Shown: positions 52,900 through 64,000 of the stretch, piece after piece
Numbering within the stretch: position 1 is the first letter of the stretch
Layout: each line of letters starts with the position of its first letter
Assembly (NCBI RefSeq): GCF_009834535.1
Contig: NC_045697.1
Coordinates: 95,792,001-95,856,000, forward strand
Length of the DNA stretch: 64,000 nucleotides
Reading direction: 5' to 3'
Source of the DNA: Camelus ferus
Lineage: Eukaryota
The notes under the pieces: generated by a model
Seen by the model: the letters and a program-made list of their open reading frames with translations, nothing else
Told to the model about the DNA's origin: nothing
The model's database searches: none
Translations under genes and position numbers: made by a program

Positions 52900-54845
52900 T
52901 CTCTTTTTTCTATGACGTTACTTTTCCCCCTAGGCTCCTTCAATAACATGTATTTTTAAATTTAGATTTTAAATACTTTGTATATAATAAGTTTAGACAT
53001 TCATGTTTGTATGTATTCTGTTGGTATTTACCCAGCTTGGTGTTCTCCGAGCTTTATGAATTTGTGTGGCTGGCATTTTTTTTATTATTTGTTTTTGTTT
53101 TGTTTTGTTATTTTCTTTTTTGTTGTTGTTGTTGGAAAATTCTCAGCCATTATCTCTTCACTATTTTCTCTGCCCATTTTCTGTCTCTTTTTTTTTTTTT
53201 TTTTCTTGGATTCCTTCTGTCCTTCTGGGATTCCAGATACAAGTTTGTTTGGATTACTCGAATTTGTCCTGCAGCCCATCAGTTTTCTATTCTTTGTGAG
53301 TTGTTTTTTGTTTGTTTAATTCTTATTTCTCTTTGCTTTTCAGTTTTGGTAATTTATATCGACCTATCATTAAATTCAGTAATTCTTCCCTTGGCTTGGT
53401 ATTAACATAATCCCAAAGAAATAAAGTAATTCTTTAAGGTCTATTGATGAATACATCAAAGTTACTATTCTCTATTAATGTATTTTTTTTTAACATTGCA
53501 ATTTGACTCTTCCTTTCAAGACTCATCTCTGCTTGAAATTCACTGCCACGTTATGCAGAGCCCTTAACAGATTAATCATAGTGTTAAATTTTCTCTCAGA
53601 CATTTCCAACATCTGGGTTACAAGTGGCTTTGGTTCTGCGGGTTTTGTCTCTTTGGACAGTGTTTTGTCTTTTGGGTAAGTATGTGCATTTTTTGTTTCT
53701 TAATTTCAGTAGAGAGGCAGACATCTTGTGCACCTCTTGAGACAATGGTAAATAGTTGTTTTTTTCCTGGAAACTGTTATATAACTCTTCTTCTGCTAAG
53801 CCTTTAGTATGTGGGAGTCCAACTGTGACTCTGTTTTATTGTGGGTGTCACTACCTCAGGTGGTTCTGTTTAAAATTTTTTCTAGTGTTTCCTTGTGCTC
53901 AGGCTGAAGACTGGTTTTTCGTTTTTTTCTTCTTTTTCCCCAGTATCTCCTCCATCAGCTTTACATCTTCCTACATATCTTTTCCTGAAAGGGAGTCTCT
54001 CTCCACTCTCACCCCACCCCAGTGTTATTTTCCTGCTCTTTGCTCTATGCTTCCTAGCTTGGTCATGGGTGGTGGGAGAGGGTGTTCTTTGTTGTCCTGT
54101 ATAGTCTGTCTTAAGCAGCCTTTAGGTTTCAGGCGTGAGGGGCTTTTCAACGATCCTGTCCCTTTCCCAGCAATGGGATATGGCCTACATGTCAGAGGCC
54201 AGTATGGTTTCCTGCTCCTCCCTGAGTGTTAGGGGTTGCCTTCTTTTTCTTGTCCATCATGGGGATTCTCCTTGCTCCGTGTGTGGCTCATTTGCTGCCC
54301 TCCCACAGCTCCTTAAGTCTTTAGTTCCAGAGAGGAAAACTATCACATGGGGCTTTACAGTTTCCCTATAGCAGCTGCTGCACCCCTCCTGCATGACTGC
54401 ACCATATTCCTTTATATATAATTCACAAAGAAAAGCTTCTTCCTGTATCTTGCCTTGCTCTTAATCTTTCTCATGAGCACATTGTAAAGGACTGTGGAAA
54501 AGAACCTAAAGTAGACATAGACTCCTCTCGTGTCTGTGGCTACCAGTGTGTCTATGCTCTCAAGCTAGCATATACCCAGCCCTTAGCAGTCCATCCCAAA
54601 AATTTAGTTGAATTTCACTTTACTTATATGGCAGCCCTATCCTCTTTTGTTCTTTGTCTTATTTTCTCTTTCTCATTGGAAGCACTTGTCTTTTCTTAGA
54701 TATCAGTCACAGATTGCCCTTTGACCTCAGTGCATTGATGGATTAAAGAAAAGCTATGATTTTACAGTTTTTTTTTCTCTTACTGTCAGGGTGGGGGTGA
54801 TGCTCATTCCAGCTTTTCCTTTCCTAAATAGGAGCTGAAAGTCCC
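52900..54845 (-). mobile_element. Old L1 5'UTR plus decayed ORF1
   Basis: ORF 53085-53279 contains the L1 ORF1p motifs 'GIPEG' and 'EEIMAENFP'; pyrimidine-rich 5'UTR-like sequence to ~54845. Confidence 0.85.
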
Positions 54846-55333
54846 TTGTGTGTACATAATAAATTACTGGTATTGACTATTGTTAATTATATGTAAATGA
54901 AAGATACATTATGTATAAAAAGGTATATAGCTAATTTTAGTCTGGCCAGTTTTTTAAAAATTATTACTGTTCTAACACTAAAAGAAAATAAAGGAGTTAA
55001 AGTATTATTTAGCAAGTGCAAAATGAATTTTTCAAAATCACAACCTTAATTAAAAGGAAGAATAAATCAAAATGTGAGTAAATCTGCTGAAGGTGTTAGT
55101 AAAATAAAGTTATGGGTTATTGTTCTTCAATTCACAGGCACTCTTTATTTTATTAAGGAAAAAAAGAGTACATAATATTTGTTTTTGTTAATCAAATAGT
55201 GTATTTGTGCCTAATCTAATAGAAGTTGAGCAACAGCATCACGTACATAAAATAAAGAGATACAATGCTTGTCATTGATATTACTGTTGCTACTTCTGTT
55301 AGAATTATTGACATTATAGGTCTTTAAGGTAAT

Positions 55334-55932
55334 TGCGTTAGTTATCTATTTCTGTGTAATAAATGCAAGAGAGCTAATGGCCTAAAGCAAACTTCTCTAA
55401 TTATCTCATCGTTTCTGTGGATCATGAATCTGGATACATGTATCAGCTGGCTTTTCTGCTCAGTCTCACAAAGATGCAGTCAAAGCAGTAGCCAGGCTGC
55501 AGTCCCATCTGACGTTCAGAATCCTCTTCCAAGCTCATTGGTTGTTGACAGAATTAAGTTCCTTGCGGTTGTAGGGCTGAGATCTCCCCTTTCTTTTTGG
55601 CTGTCAAACCAAAGGCTATTATCAACTTCTACAGGCTGTCCCCATCCCTGACATGTGGTCTTCTGGACAACATAGAACTCTGTTACTTCAAGGTCAGCAG
55701 TAAAAATTCTCTCCCTTCAAGTCTCTTTAATCTCGTTTAAGGGGTTTACCTTATTAGGACAAGCTCACCTAAGTTAATCTCCTGATTAACTCAAAGTCAA
55801 GTGAGTGATCACAGGAGTGACATTCCATGATAGTCACAAATCCTACTCACATATCCACAGGCAGGAATTATACAAGACTCACTCAGCAAGGGGTAGGAAT
55901 TTTGGAGGCTATCCTAAATGCTTTCTATCACA
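55334..55932 (-). mobile_element. MaLR MLT1E/F-like solo LTR, full length
   Basis: TG...CA termini; 5-bp near-TSD gtaat/gcaat; 'ttccaagctcattggttgttgacagaattaagttccttgcggttgtagggctgag'. Confidence 0.85.
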
Positions 55933-58177
55933 GCAATCTTACTCTTCTATGGGATAACAATTATGTAAAAGTCAAAACACGCCTCGCAACATATTACATT
56001 GATTATATAAGGATTTTGTTGGTATGATATTTGTGAATGTATTTGACAATAGATCAAATATCTATTGTCCTGTGGGAGAGGATAATGAAATGTGAGTGGA
56101 AGTGGCATGTGTCTCTTCTGAGCAGAATCTGTAAGAGCCAGCAGATGCTTATCTATGGTTTTCTTGAGTCAGCTTGGTTAGAGGCATTGCCTTTTCTTTT
56201 TATGTCCCAACCATGTTTTTAGTTAATAAGAATGCCTCCAAATATCATTTCTATATGTTTCTTTAATCCCATAGGAATATCATAGTTTATTCAACAACTT
56301 TCAATGTTTGGATATTTACCCATAGACTATAATACCTGAAATGTAATTTGAGTTAAAGTGCATCATATTCTAAGACTTTTGATCACATTGCCAGTAGTTC
56401 TTGCAGGGATTATCATACTAATTACTGCCTTCAACAGTGATGCCAGTGTCCGTATCAGCTGACCACTTCCAGGTCATGAGCTTTATGTAGCATAAGTAAG
56501 TTGGTACAATTTTATTTGTTCCTATTTCAAACCTTCTATCTGTCAGGCTAAGACATTGATTGATATTGTTATATTTTAAATCTAGTTCATAATGGTTAAG
56601 TATTTTAGTGAACTGTATTTGTAGAATGCTTTATAATTATCTTTGCAATTTATATTTCGTTGTATAAATGTTTGAAGTGTCCTGCATGCATCCTCTGATA
56701 ATGTGATGATTTATTCTATACCTCAGCATATCATTTTGCTTAATCAATTGTTGTGTAGTCTTCATTTGAAATATTTGTTTAAGAATGAATATTTAGATAC
56801 CCTTCCTTCTGAGTGTTTGAATATATGGTAATAACTTCCTAGGCATTCACAAATAAATTACAATATGTCTGGGTATATTATTTGGTGTGTTGCTTTGTAT
56901 AATGATTTGAACACAAAGTAGATGACATTCCCTTATGTCCTGATTTTGGCTATGTCATGAGGAACTTTTTGATTTTTTCTCCTTCTGTGGAAAACAAGTT
57001 CATATTTGCTCTCTGGTTATAGGTAAGAGTCTCTCTTTTATTTACATATTATAAAACAAAACACAATTTTCAGACTACATGTAATAGCCATTGTGTTATA
57101 CATGTCCACACCCATTCTACCTCTCTCTCTCTCATTTTGTAATACTTATGCCATTTGTAGGGTTCTCCTAGTTATGAGAAGAACTAAATTAATCCAAGTT
57201 GACCATGATAACACCTGGGTTTAATTATTCACTGCATGTTCATTACCTGTATAAACTGATTCAATCATGGACATGAGATCTTTTTAGAATTGTTTTTTTC
57301 CCTCACAGGTCTTACTTAAGATGACGGGCTAATTGATACCAGTTTAAATATGTTTCCATTTCTAGTTTTGGCATTATGAAAAACAAATATCCTGAAGGCC
57401 CCAAATTGTCAAATATCAAGATAGTTCTAAATCAATATCTGAGTTTCAAGAAATTTAAGTTACTCTCGAGAGGAAAAAAACCTTAAAAAGAAGTGTACAA
57501 ATTTATGCTGCATTTACCCTGGACCATTTTGTCAGTTCTGATCTTGAAATTACTCCTTAGAATTTATAACTATAAACTTAAAATTTGGGATTCACATTTA
57601 TACGACAAGTGTGGATCAGGAAATCTGCAGCCAAAAACAACATAAAATAGGGCCCCAGCCCAGTGATATGTCAGGAAATTAAGACAGTAGCAAAAGCAAA
57701 CAGGCTCTGGAGGGACAGGTTTTCAATAGATAAGATTAGCTCATAATCCCAAATTATAAAACATGCAAGAAAACAAATCTACGGTATGAGGAAATTAGCA
57801 AACATAACAAGCAGTGATATTAGATCATCTGAGCTTCCCATTACACAAATACTGAACAGAGATACAGGAATAAATACATTTAGTTTGGAGAACACCTTGT
57901 TGACTATGAAGAAAATGTCTCTATTTGACAAGTGACCACAGGACTACCAGTTTATGATCTTTACTTGACAAAATATTTCATTGTGTGAGTATAGTAATTT
58001 ATGAGACTTCCTTCTATTTAATTAAGAGCTTCACGTCTAAGTCCTCCACACTTATCTTTCCTACATTGTATTTATAGACAAACAGGCGCGATATGGTTGC
58101 ATTTACATTACTTAATAATAAATAGTGAAGATATTTTATGTAAATTATCATCACACCACAACTCAAACTGTCTCCCT

Positions 58178-58300
58178 TAGGGTGGTCAAACATCTCATTT
58201 TGTCTAGAAAGTCCAAGTTTAGGATTTGTGTATCATCAAAATTAATATTAGCAACACCATCATTCTTAAATCTTTGAGTGGTGTATCTTATGGCCACCAT
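58178..58300. mobile_element. MER94-like hAT-Blackjack MITE
   Basis: Termini 'tagggtggtca' ... 'tatggccaccat' with internal 'aattaatattagcaacacc'. Confidence 0.55.
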
Positions 58301-58317
58301 TTTTAATTATAATGAGG

Positions 58318-58505
58318 CAGTGATGTACTGGAACCAGTTCTTATCAGCTAGTGAGAGCCATTAGTTTTCATCTCTTTCCATATTCAGGGACATCAAGTTG
58401 GTATCTTGAAATTAGCAATGTGAGTATTTACACTCAGGATAATGGCAAAAGCTACAATTTAGGGTTCCCACCCTCCCACCCCAAACAGGGAGCAGTATAT
58501 CATTG
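58318..58505 (+). mobile_element. MER63A-like hAT-Blackjack MITE
   Basis: 'cagtgatgtactggaaccag..gagagcc..ttcagggacatcaagttggtatcttgaaatt..gagtatttacac..ggcaaaagctacaa..cagtatatcattg'. Confidence 0.8.
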
Positions 58506-58514
58506 GCTTTAGGA

Positions 58515-61060
58515 ATGGTTCTTGTGTGTGTGTTTGTTTTGCAGGGTCTCTGATTTTTCTTTTATTCTCTTACATTTTTTCAAAGTTTTAGCCTCATGCT
58601 CAGACTGTCTTTCCTCTTTTCTCATTCTGCAAAATGGCTGCAGCTCTTACAGGCTTATGTTCCTCTCAACAAACCATCCAGAGCAGGTTCAGGGGATTCT
58701 CACTGCATGACTGTCTGATATGGAAGAGGTGTTTTGAATCATCCTATGCATATCTCCATAATTCACATAATAGCTTCTAACTGTGACCTTGCTCATTTGA
58801 TATCTATCTCATACTGTCTTTTTTGCTGATGACCTTTTTCTCTGCCTTGCTGCCTCTTTTCCATGCCCTGAAATTTCTTATAACATTTCTTTCATGTCCC
58901 CAAATAGGTATAGAAAGAAAATCATCAAGCGGCTATGGCTCACACAGATGCCCACATAAGTTGTGACATGACAGTTCTTCCTGATGAAAACTTTCATCTC
59001 TACAATTGATTCTCTGAGATCCTCTCTTAAGTTGGTATCTACAACAGGGACACAGGATGGAGACAGGAGTCACAAGCCAGAGCAGAGTCCCTCCTTAACA
59101 ATTGTGAACCAATGACTGATAACTCCTATAATTATTATCTTACTTCTTCAAATACACTGATTGAGCATCTTCAGACAAGATAAAATGTCCAGATCTATCA
59201 CCTTTTGGTGATATCTAGAATGCAAAGGTATTTAGTGCCCAAGATTTTTCACTGTGGGGCTTTGAAATTTTTAGACAAACAAATTTTACACTTAACAGTT
59301 TGCAATACACCACAGGGTAATATTTTGTCAATTTCACAAATTCAACTACCCAGAGATGGTCTTTACCAAATATTCTGTGTTTAATCCAAATACTCTATCT
59401 CTTCTTGCCTTCTGCCTGAAGTTTCCCTTATGTGGCTTCATGTCCACATCTGTGGGCTCTGACAACCCAAAAGCACATCTCTACTAAAAGCACATTTCTA
59501 CTACTGTACACTTTTTTTTTTAAAGAAATCCCAGACCCTTGCAAGAATGTAAACTTGTGATTTCATTTTTTTTAAGTCTGAATTATCTTTTCAGGCATGG
59601 TTGTATTACCATTTCTGCTCCAATTGTTCCTATTGCTTCCTTGGGTACTAATTTATTTAGCAGTCTAAACTTGTAGGGATACACACTTGAAACAGTTTTA
59701 TATTTCTCCAATGTCTGCTTTCAAGCATGCTCTCCAGAATGTTAATTGCTGACTCCTAGAGCTATTTTAGACAGATGGCCTACTTTTTTATTACGTTTAG
59801 TGATAAAATATCCATCTACTTTAAAATGCCAAATTTGTGTCCTATTCAAAACCAATCCTTCCCTTCTCCTCCTCCCAAGCCCCAGCTACACTCATAGTCT
59901 TGGGGACTTGGAATTATGAAAGGGTTTTGTCTCCATCTTTTAATCCTCCTTGCAGTCCAGTCCCTTTGACTGTAGGATGGAGATGTGTCTGAGCTGCCTC
60001 AGGAATGGCTATATTCCCCTATATTTCCTCCTTTCTCAAAGTCTTAATTATAAAAGCAAATTCTACTTTACTTAACTGTTGGATTTTGTTATGTCCTTGT
60101 TATTCTTGCATTTCTCTTTTTTTTTTCCCCCAGGGGAAGGTAAATAGATTTATTTATTGATTTTTAGAGGAGGTACTGGTGATCGAACCCAGGACCTTGT
60201 ACACGCTAAGCATGCACTCTACCACTTGAGCTATCCCCCCAACTTCTTGCACTTCTAGCTAACACTGATTGTCAGTCAGTGTCTTCTGAGCAACAGCTAT
60301 TCAAATTCTACCTCTCTTAGGTGACACCACAAGGTCATACAAGAGTACAATTCCCTGAAAAAGAAAATCTAGGTCCAAATCCACCACTTTTTCCCTTTCA
60401 CCAAGCAGGCCATCTTCCTGAATTGGGTAACCAGTAAGACAGCTCAATTAGGTTATCCTCTGCAGTACATCCGAGGAAAAATTATACATCTTTGCTGTGA
60501 CAAGAAGTGAGAAAGCAGGACATTCCAATGCAAATCATCCTCTTTATCCTGTTATCTCTCTTCAATTACCTTTCCAACCTTTCAGACCGGTATAGAGCAG
60601 CTAATCAATGCTGTTGGGTAAGTAGACTTCCAACTGTGAAATGAAATGCCAGGCTTTCATTCTTCAAGTCAAATTTAATCTCTTCAAATGGTTCTTTTGG
60701 AGACTAGGCAGCCTCACTTGACTTGAAGTTGTGCCTGAAAAGTAACCTCCCTTTATAGAAACCACAACCTTTCCAACTAGGCCAATGACACAATTCCAAA
60801 TACACTCCCCACCACCCCACCACTGCAGTGTCCGGTGTGTATAGAAGATGGTGGTTATGGCTTGGGAAGTCAATGAAAGACACTGATAGACCCTGGCAAG
60901 TCCTCCATACCTGATTCTTAGTGGGTCCTTGACAGCCTTCTCACAAATATGGGATAAGCAATGAGTTTTTATCTTCAGCTGTGAATCCTCATTGACAATT
61001 TCAGGACAATAGGAAAAATTATGTAATAATTGTTTACAGTTATGAATGTCCACACATTTT
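58515..61060 (-). pseudogene. Possible ancient decayed coding sequence (retrocopy or unrecognised element), source unidentified
   Basis: Minus strand is purine-rich with protein-like frames broken by stops and frameshifts; 129-aa ORF at 60664-61053; no repeat recognised apart from the inserted SINE. Confidence 0.4.
60116..60243 (-). mobile_element. tRNA(Ala)-derived SINE resembling the camelid vic-1 family
   Basis: Minus strand 'gggatagctcaagtggtagagtgcatgcttagcgtgtacaaggtcctgggttcgatcaccagtacctcc' with A and B boxes and an A-rich tail; 13-bp TSD ttcttgcaYttct (60103-60115, 60244-60256). Confidence 0.92.
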
Positions 61061-61344
61061 AGTTTGTATTTCTAGTTTGTCTTCAACAGAGGTTATGTTT
61101 CACCTTTTCCATTCCTTTGCCTTCTTTTTCAGATTTTTAAAAAAATACAAAAGTGTGTCTTTATATCCCTTCTATAACATTTTACACCATTAATACTGTT
61201 TTGTGCTGCTCAAGTAAGGTTTTAATTCTTCTATAACTATTTTTCTTTTCTTGACCCAGATGTTTTATATAATTATGTTCCCCTTTTATTTCAGCCTGTC
61301 ATCTTTTCATTTTTTAATCATTTCAATAGAAGCTTAATGAAAAA

Positions 61345-61710
61345 AATAACATATTTTGAATAGAGAAAATATTTACATGGTCAATAATTAGGGAGTACAG
61401 AAAAAATACAGTGAAAAGGTTCCTTCTCATTCTTGTCTGGAAGTCACTGAGTTCCTCTCTTTGGAGGTAATACAGGTATATTTTATATACAAAGGGAAAA
61501 TTATATAAATATTTTTACCAAATAGTAGCGTATCGTTAAACTGGCTATTCATTGTTTCACTTAACAACGTATCTTGGAGATCTTTCTTTAAAACAGAGAC
61601 AGTTTTAAATTTCTTTTATGATTGCATAATATTCTATTATGTGTTATAGTAAATAGATTCAACTCTATTTAATAGACAGCAAAGGGATATGTGCATTCCT
61701 TATCTTATTA
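61345..61710 (-). mobile_element. L1ME-type 3' end remnant
   Basis: 'tacagtgaaaaggttccttc', 'tttcacttaacaacgtatcttggagatcttt', 'attgcataatattctatt'. Confidence 0.6.
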
Positions 61711-61836
61711 GATACTACTAAACCATCCTCAGCTGGGGTTGTAAATATACTGTTTGTAATTCTTATGCTTAATGACACTGATACTTTGGCAATATGATAA
61801 ATCAAAAATGGTATTTCAACACATAAATTTAATGAG

Positions 61837-61870
<34 letters not shown>
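61837..61870 (+). repeat. (AT)n(AC)n microsatellite
   Basis: Directly visible. Confidence 0.9.
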
Positions 61871-62825
61871 TTGCACACACTCTGTACACCAACAAACAGA
61901 ATCCTTATCTTTTTAAATAACCATAAAATCTATATGATATATAAAAATAACAAAATGAGATGCAAGACCTTTATAATGATATAATAATACATATTTTTCC
62001 TCCTTATTGAAATACTTCAATACATAGAAATAAATAGAAAGGTATCTCTAGGAAGAATAATATCATTATTAGTTTTCTTCTCATCTGTAAATCTGATCTG
62101 TAAATCAAAACAATTTCAAACAAAATCACAACCTTTGGGGGCAAGATAAATGTATGATGAAAGTGCAAAGGCTAAGATATCCTAAGAGACTAAGGTGAAA
62201 AAACAACGTATCAGGGATTCTAGGGACTAATGTTATATTGCTTGGCCTGAATTCTGCACATTTATCACTGTGCTTTAAAATCTTTAAGGTATTTGTCATG
62301 CTCATTTCTATATTTCAGTACTGTTTAAGTGTGCTTTTCTCATCTATAGCTGAAAGGAAAATTGTGAATAATTTCTAGACTAATTTCTAATTCCTGGCAA
62401 AAATTCATACAGTAAATTCCTTTAGAACTCATGCTCCATTTTTTTTTCCTATACCAAATATTTCGATGGCTAACCCTCTGAACTGGTCAAACACTCGTAA
62501 ACTGGTCAAATCCATAACTCTAAGACTCATTCCTCAGTGGGCTCAGGACCTTTTGTCTGAAAACCTTGTTCATAGAAATTTCATGTACAAAGGTGATTTC
62601 TCCACAACATCTTCTTCAATCATTCATTTCCTTGAATTCTGAATGGATATAAAAATAGTAATACTGACTGAGTATGGGGAGAGGGTGATACAAAATATAC
62701 AATAATGCTGTCTAAACTGAAAGTGCCCACAGATTAGAAATAGGATAGCCTACATTTTTGGTAGCCATGTAGGCAACAGAGAATTAACGTTTCATTATAT
62801 TACCTCTGGAAAAAAGTCATCAAAC

Positions 62826-63474
62826 TGTTAGAGCAGGCAGAGAGCTAGATATGAGCAGAGAAAGGGGGACACAGACCAAATGGCAGGAATTGGGCAGAAA
62901 GGAGGGGCACAGGCCAAATGCAGGAAACCACACATCATGTGAGCAGCAGGGATCCCTGGGCAGAGAAAGAAAAGCTGGAATCTTTGGGCTGATAAGGGAC
63001 CACACCTTTTGGCCTGGAAACCAACAAAGAAAGGTCAAAAAAGGCAGGAATTTCCAGTGTCCGAATGTAACCTTTTACTCATTATGCTCTCATTTCAATA
63101 AAATTAGCCTTGCAGATCAGAAGTACCCATCATGCACCGATGCCATGACACTTCCGATCCAGACTGAATAAGGACAAAAATCCCTCCTCCCTTTGGGAAG
63201 GTGGAGTTGGGATGATAATCAGGGAATACGAACCCAAACCCTTCCCTCCCCGATGAATATTCCGCCCATTCATTTTTACACCCTATGTAACTAACTTGCC
63301 AAAGAAACTCAGGGCAGCTGCTCACCTGAGCCTGCCCGCTCTCCCCTGAGAGTGTACTATGCATCCCTTAATAAATCCTCACTTTACCTTTTTAACCTCT
63401 AAGTCTTGTTTGTCTCTGAATTCTTTCTGGGACGGGACAAGAACCTGGAACACCCGTTGCATCTATCGGCGACA
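62826..63474 (+). mobile_element. Young ERV (class I-type) solo LTR, 649 bp
   Basis: TGT...ACA termini; perfect 4-bp TSD aaac (62822-62825, 63475-63478); GC box 63262-63267; TATA-like 63284-63290; AATAAA 63370-63375; several CpGs retained. Confidence 0.93.
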
Positions 63475-64000
63475 AAACCATAAGCAAACCACCTATTGAA
63501 TCCTTTGTCCATTTATTTTAGACTGTGAGGACTATATCTACATAGTCTCAAACATTAAAGATTTCTATGGATTGACATCTTTTGCCTGCTTTTATTAATA
63601 TCTTAGTAAAATGTCGTGAGAAACAATATCAGAGATAAACAAAGGATATAAGCCAGAGCCTTCATGAAAATTCTAAGGTTACACTTTCATGTTTCTGCTT
63701 CATCTTTTGCAAACCGTAACATCTATACTGACATGTTTTACACTGAATTTGGATCTTAAGGGTACATATTTTAATATCATGAGTTTATTATATATGCTAT
63801 ATCTGCTATTATATGACAATCACTCAGTTACCTAATTACTCATATGTGATCCTCTTTTCTTAAAAAAAAATCTTGCTTTTCTTGTATCTTATTCTTGATC
63901 AATTTGCATTAGTGATATTTATTTAAAATTGAGAGATTTTTAATGCTTTACATTTTCACTAGCCTAAACGGAGCAAAACTAACAAGAGCTCTTAGGTCTG

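Noticed and set aside
52978..54371. Cluster of hydrophobic plus-strand ORFs (up to 158 aa)
   Set aside because: Antisense reading of T-rich L1 ORF1/5'UTR sequence
57015..57320. Donor-like AG|gtaaga (~57022) and acceptor-like ccctcacag|G (~57308)
   Set aside because: No coherent ORF on either side; cannot be supported without transcript data
59190..59220. Small hairpin (atcacc-tttt-ggtgat) and similar ones near 4592 and 30292
   Set aside because: Short stems of a frequency expected by chance; no terminator meaning in mammalian DNA
59468..59503. 18-bp tandem duplication (aaaagcacatYtctact); also a 10-bp repeat at ~18408-18433
   Set aside because: Ordinary slippage duplications with no spacer structure; not CRISPR-like
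60170..60243. tRNA-Ala gene
   Set aside because: It has a SINE-type 3' extension, A-tail and TSD, and the acceptor stem is degenerate; it is a SINE
59630..60430. Short resemblances to bornavirus L motifs (EKVV..DLD.D; LVPKE) and to PNMA/gag (VS..LL.K.V.K.AI)
   Set aside because: Spacing and order do not match my recollection of those proteins; too short to distinguish from chance
1..64000. Most ORFs in the supplied six-frame track
   Set aside because: They are short, often start at non-ATG codons, are compositionally biased and lie mostly inside repeats. None resembles a cellular protein I recognise, apart from the L1 ORF1 and ORF2 fragments

Overview
This is AT-rich, CpG-poor mammalian non-coding DNA, either intergenic or deep intronic. 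I could not support any intact protein-coding gene, RNA gene or CRISPR array. A tRNA(Ala)-derived SINE at 60116-60243 resembles the camelid vic-1 family, which suggests a camelid genome (inference). Recognisable features are mostly transposon relics of very different ages: MIR, L2, old and young L1, MaLR/ERVL/ERV1 LTRs, and hAT and Tigger MITEs. Several are nested, have target-site duplications (TSDs), or carry 5' inversions. The most interesting unexplained segment is a ~2.5 kb decayed, coding-like stretch on the minus strand (58515-61060) that I could not identify. Other points of interest are a young 649-bp solo LTR with a perfect TSD, an orphan L1 5'UTR with ~300-bp internal repeats, a four-element insertion nest, and a few motif-dense candidate enhancers. 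I see no convincing evidence of a novel multi-gene system. Repeat family names come from recalled consensus motifs, not from searches. Boundaries without TSDs are approximate.
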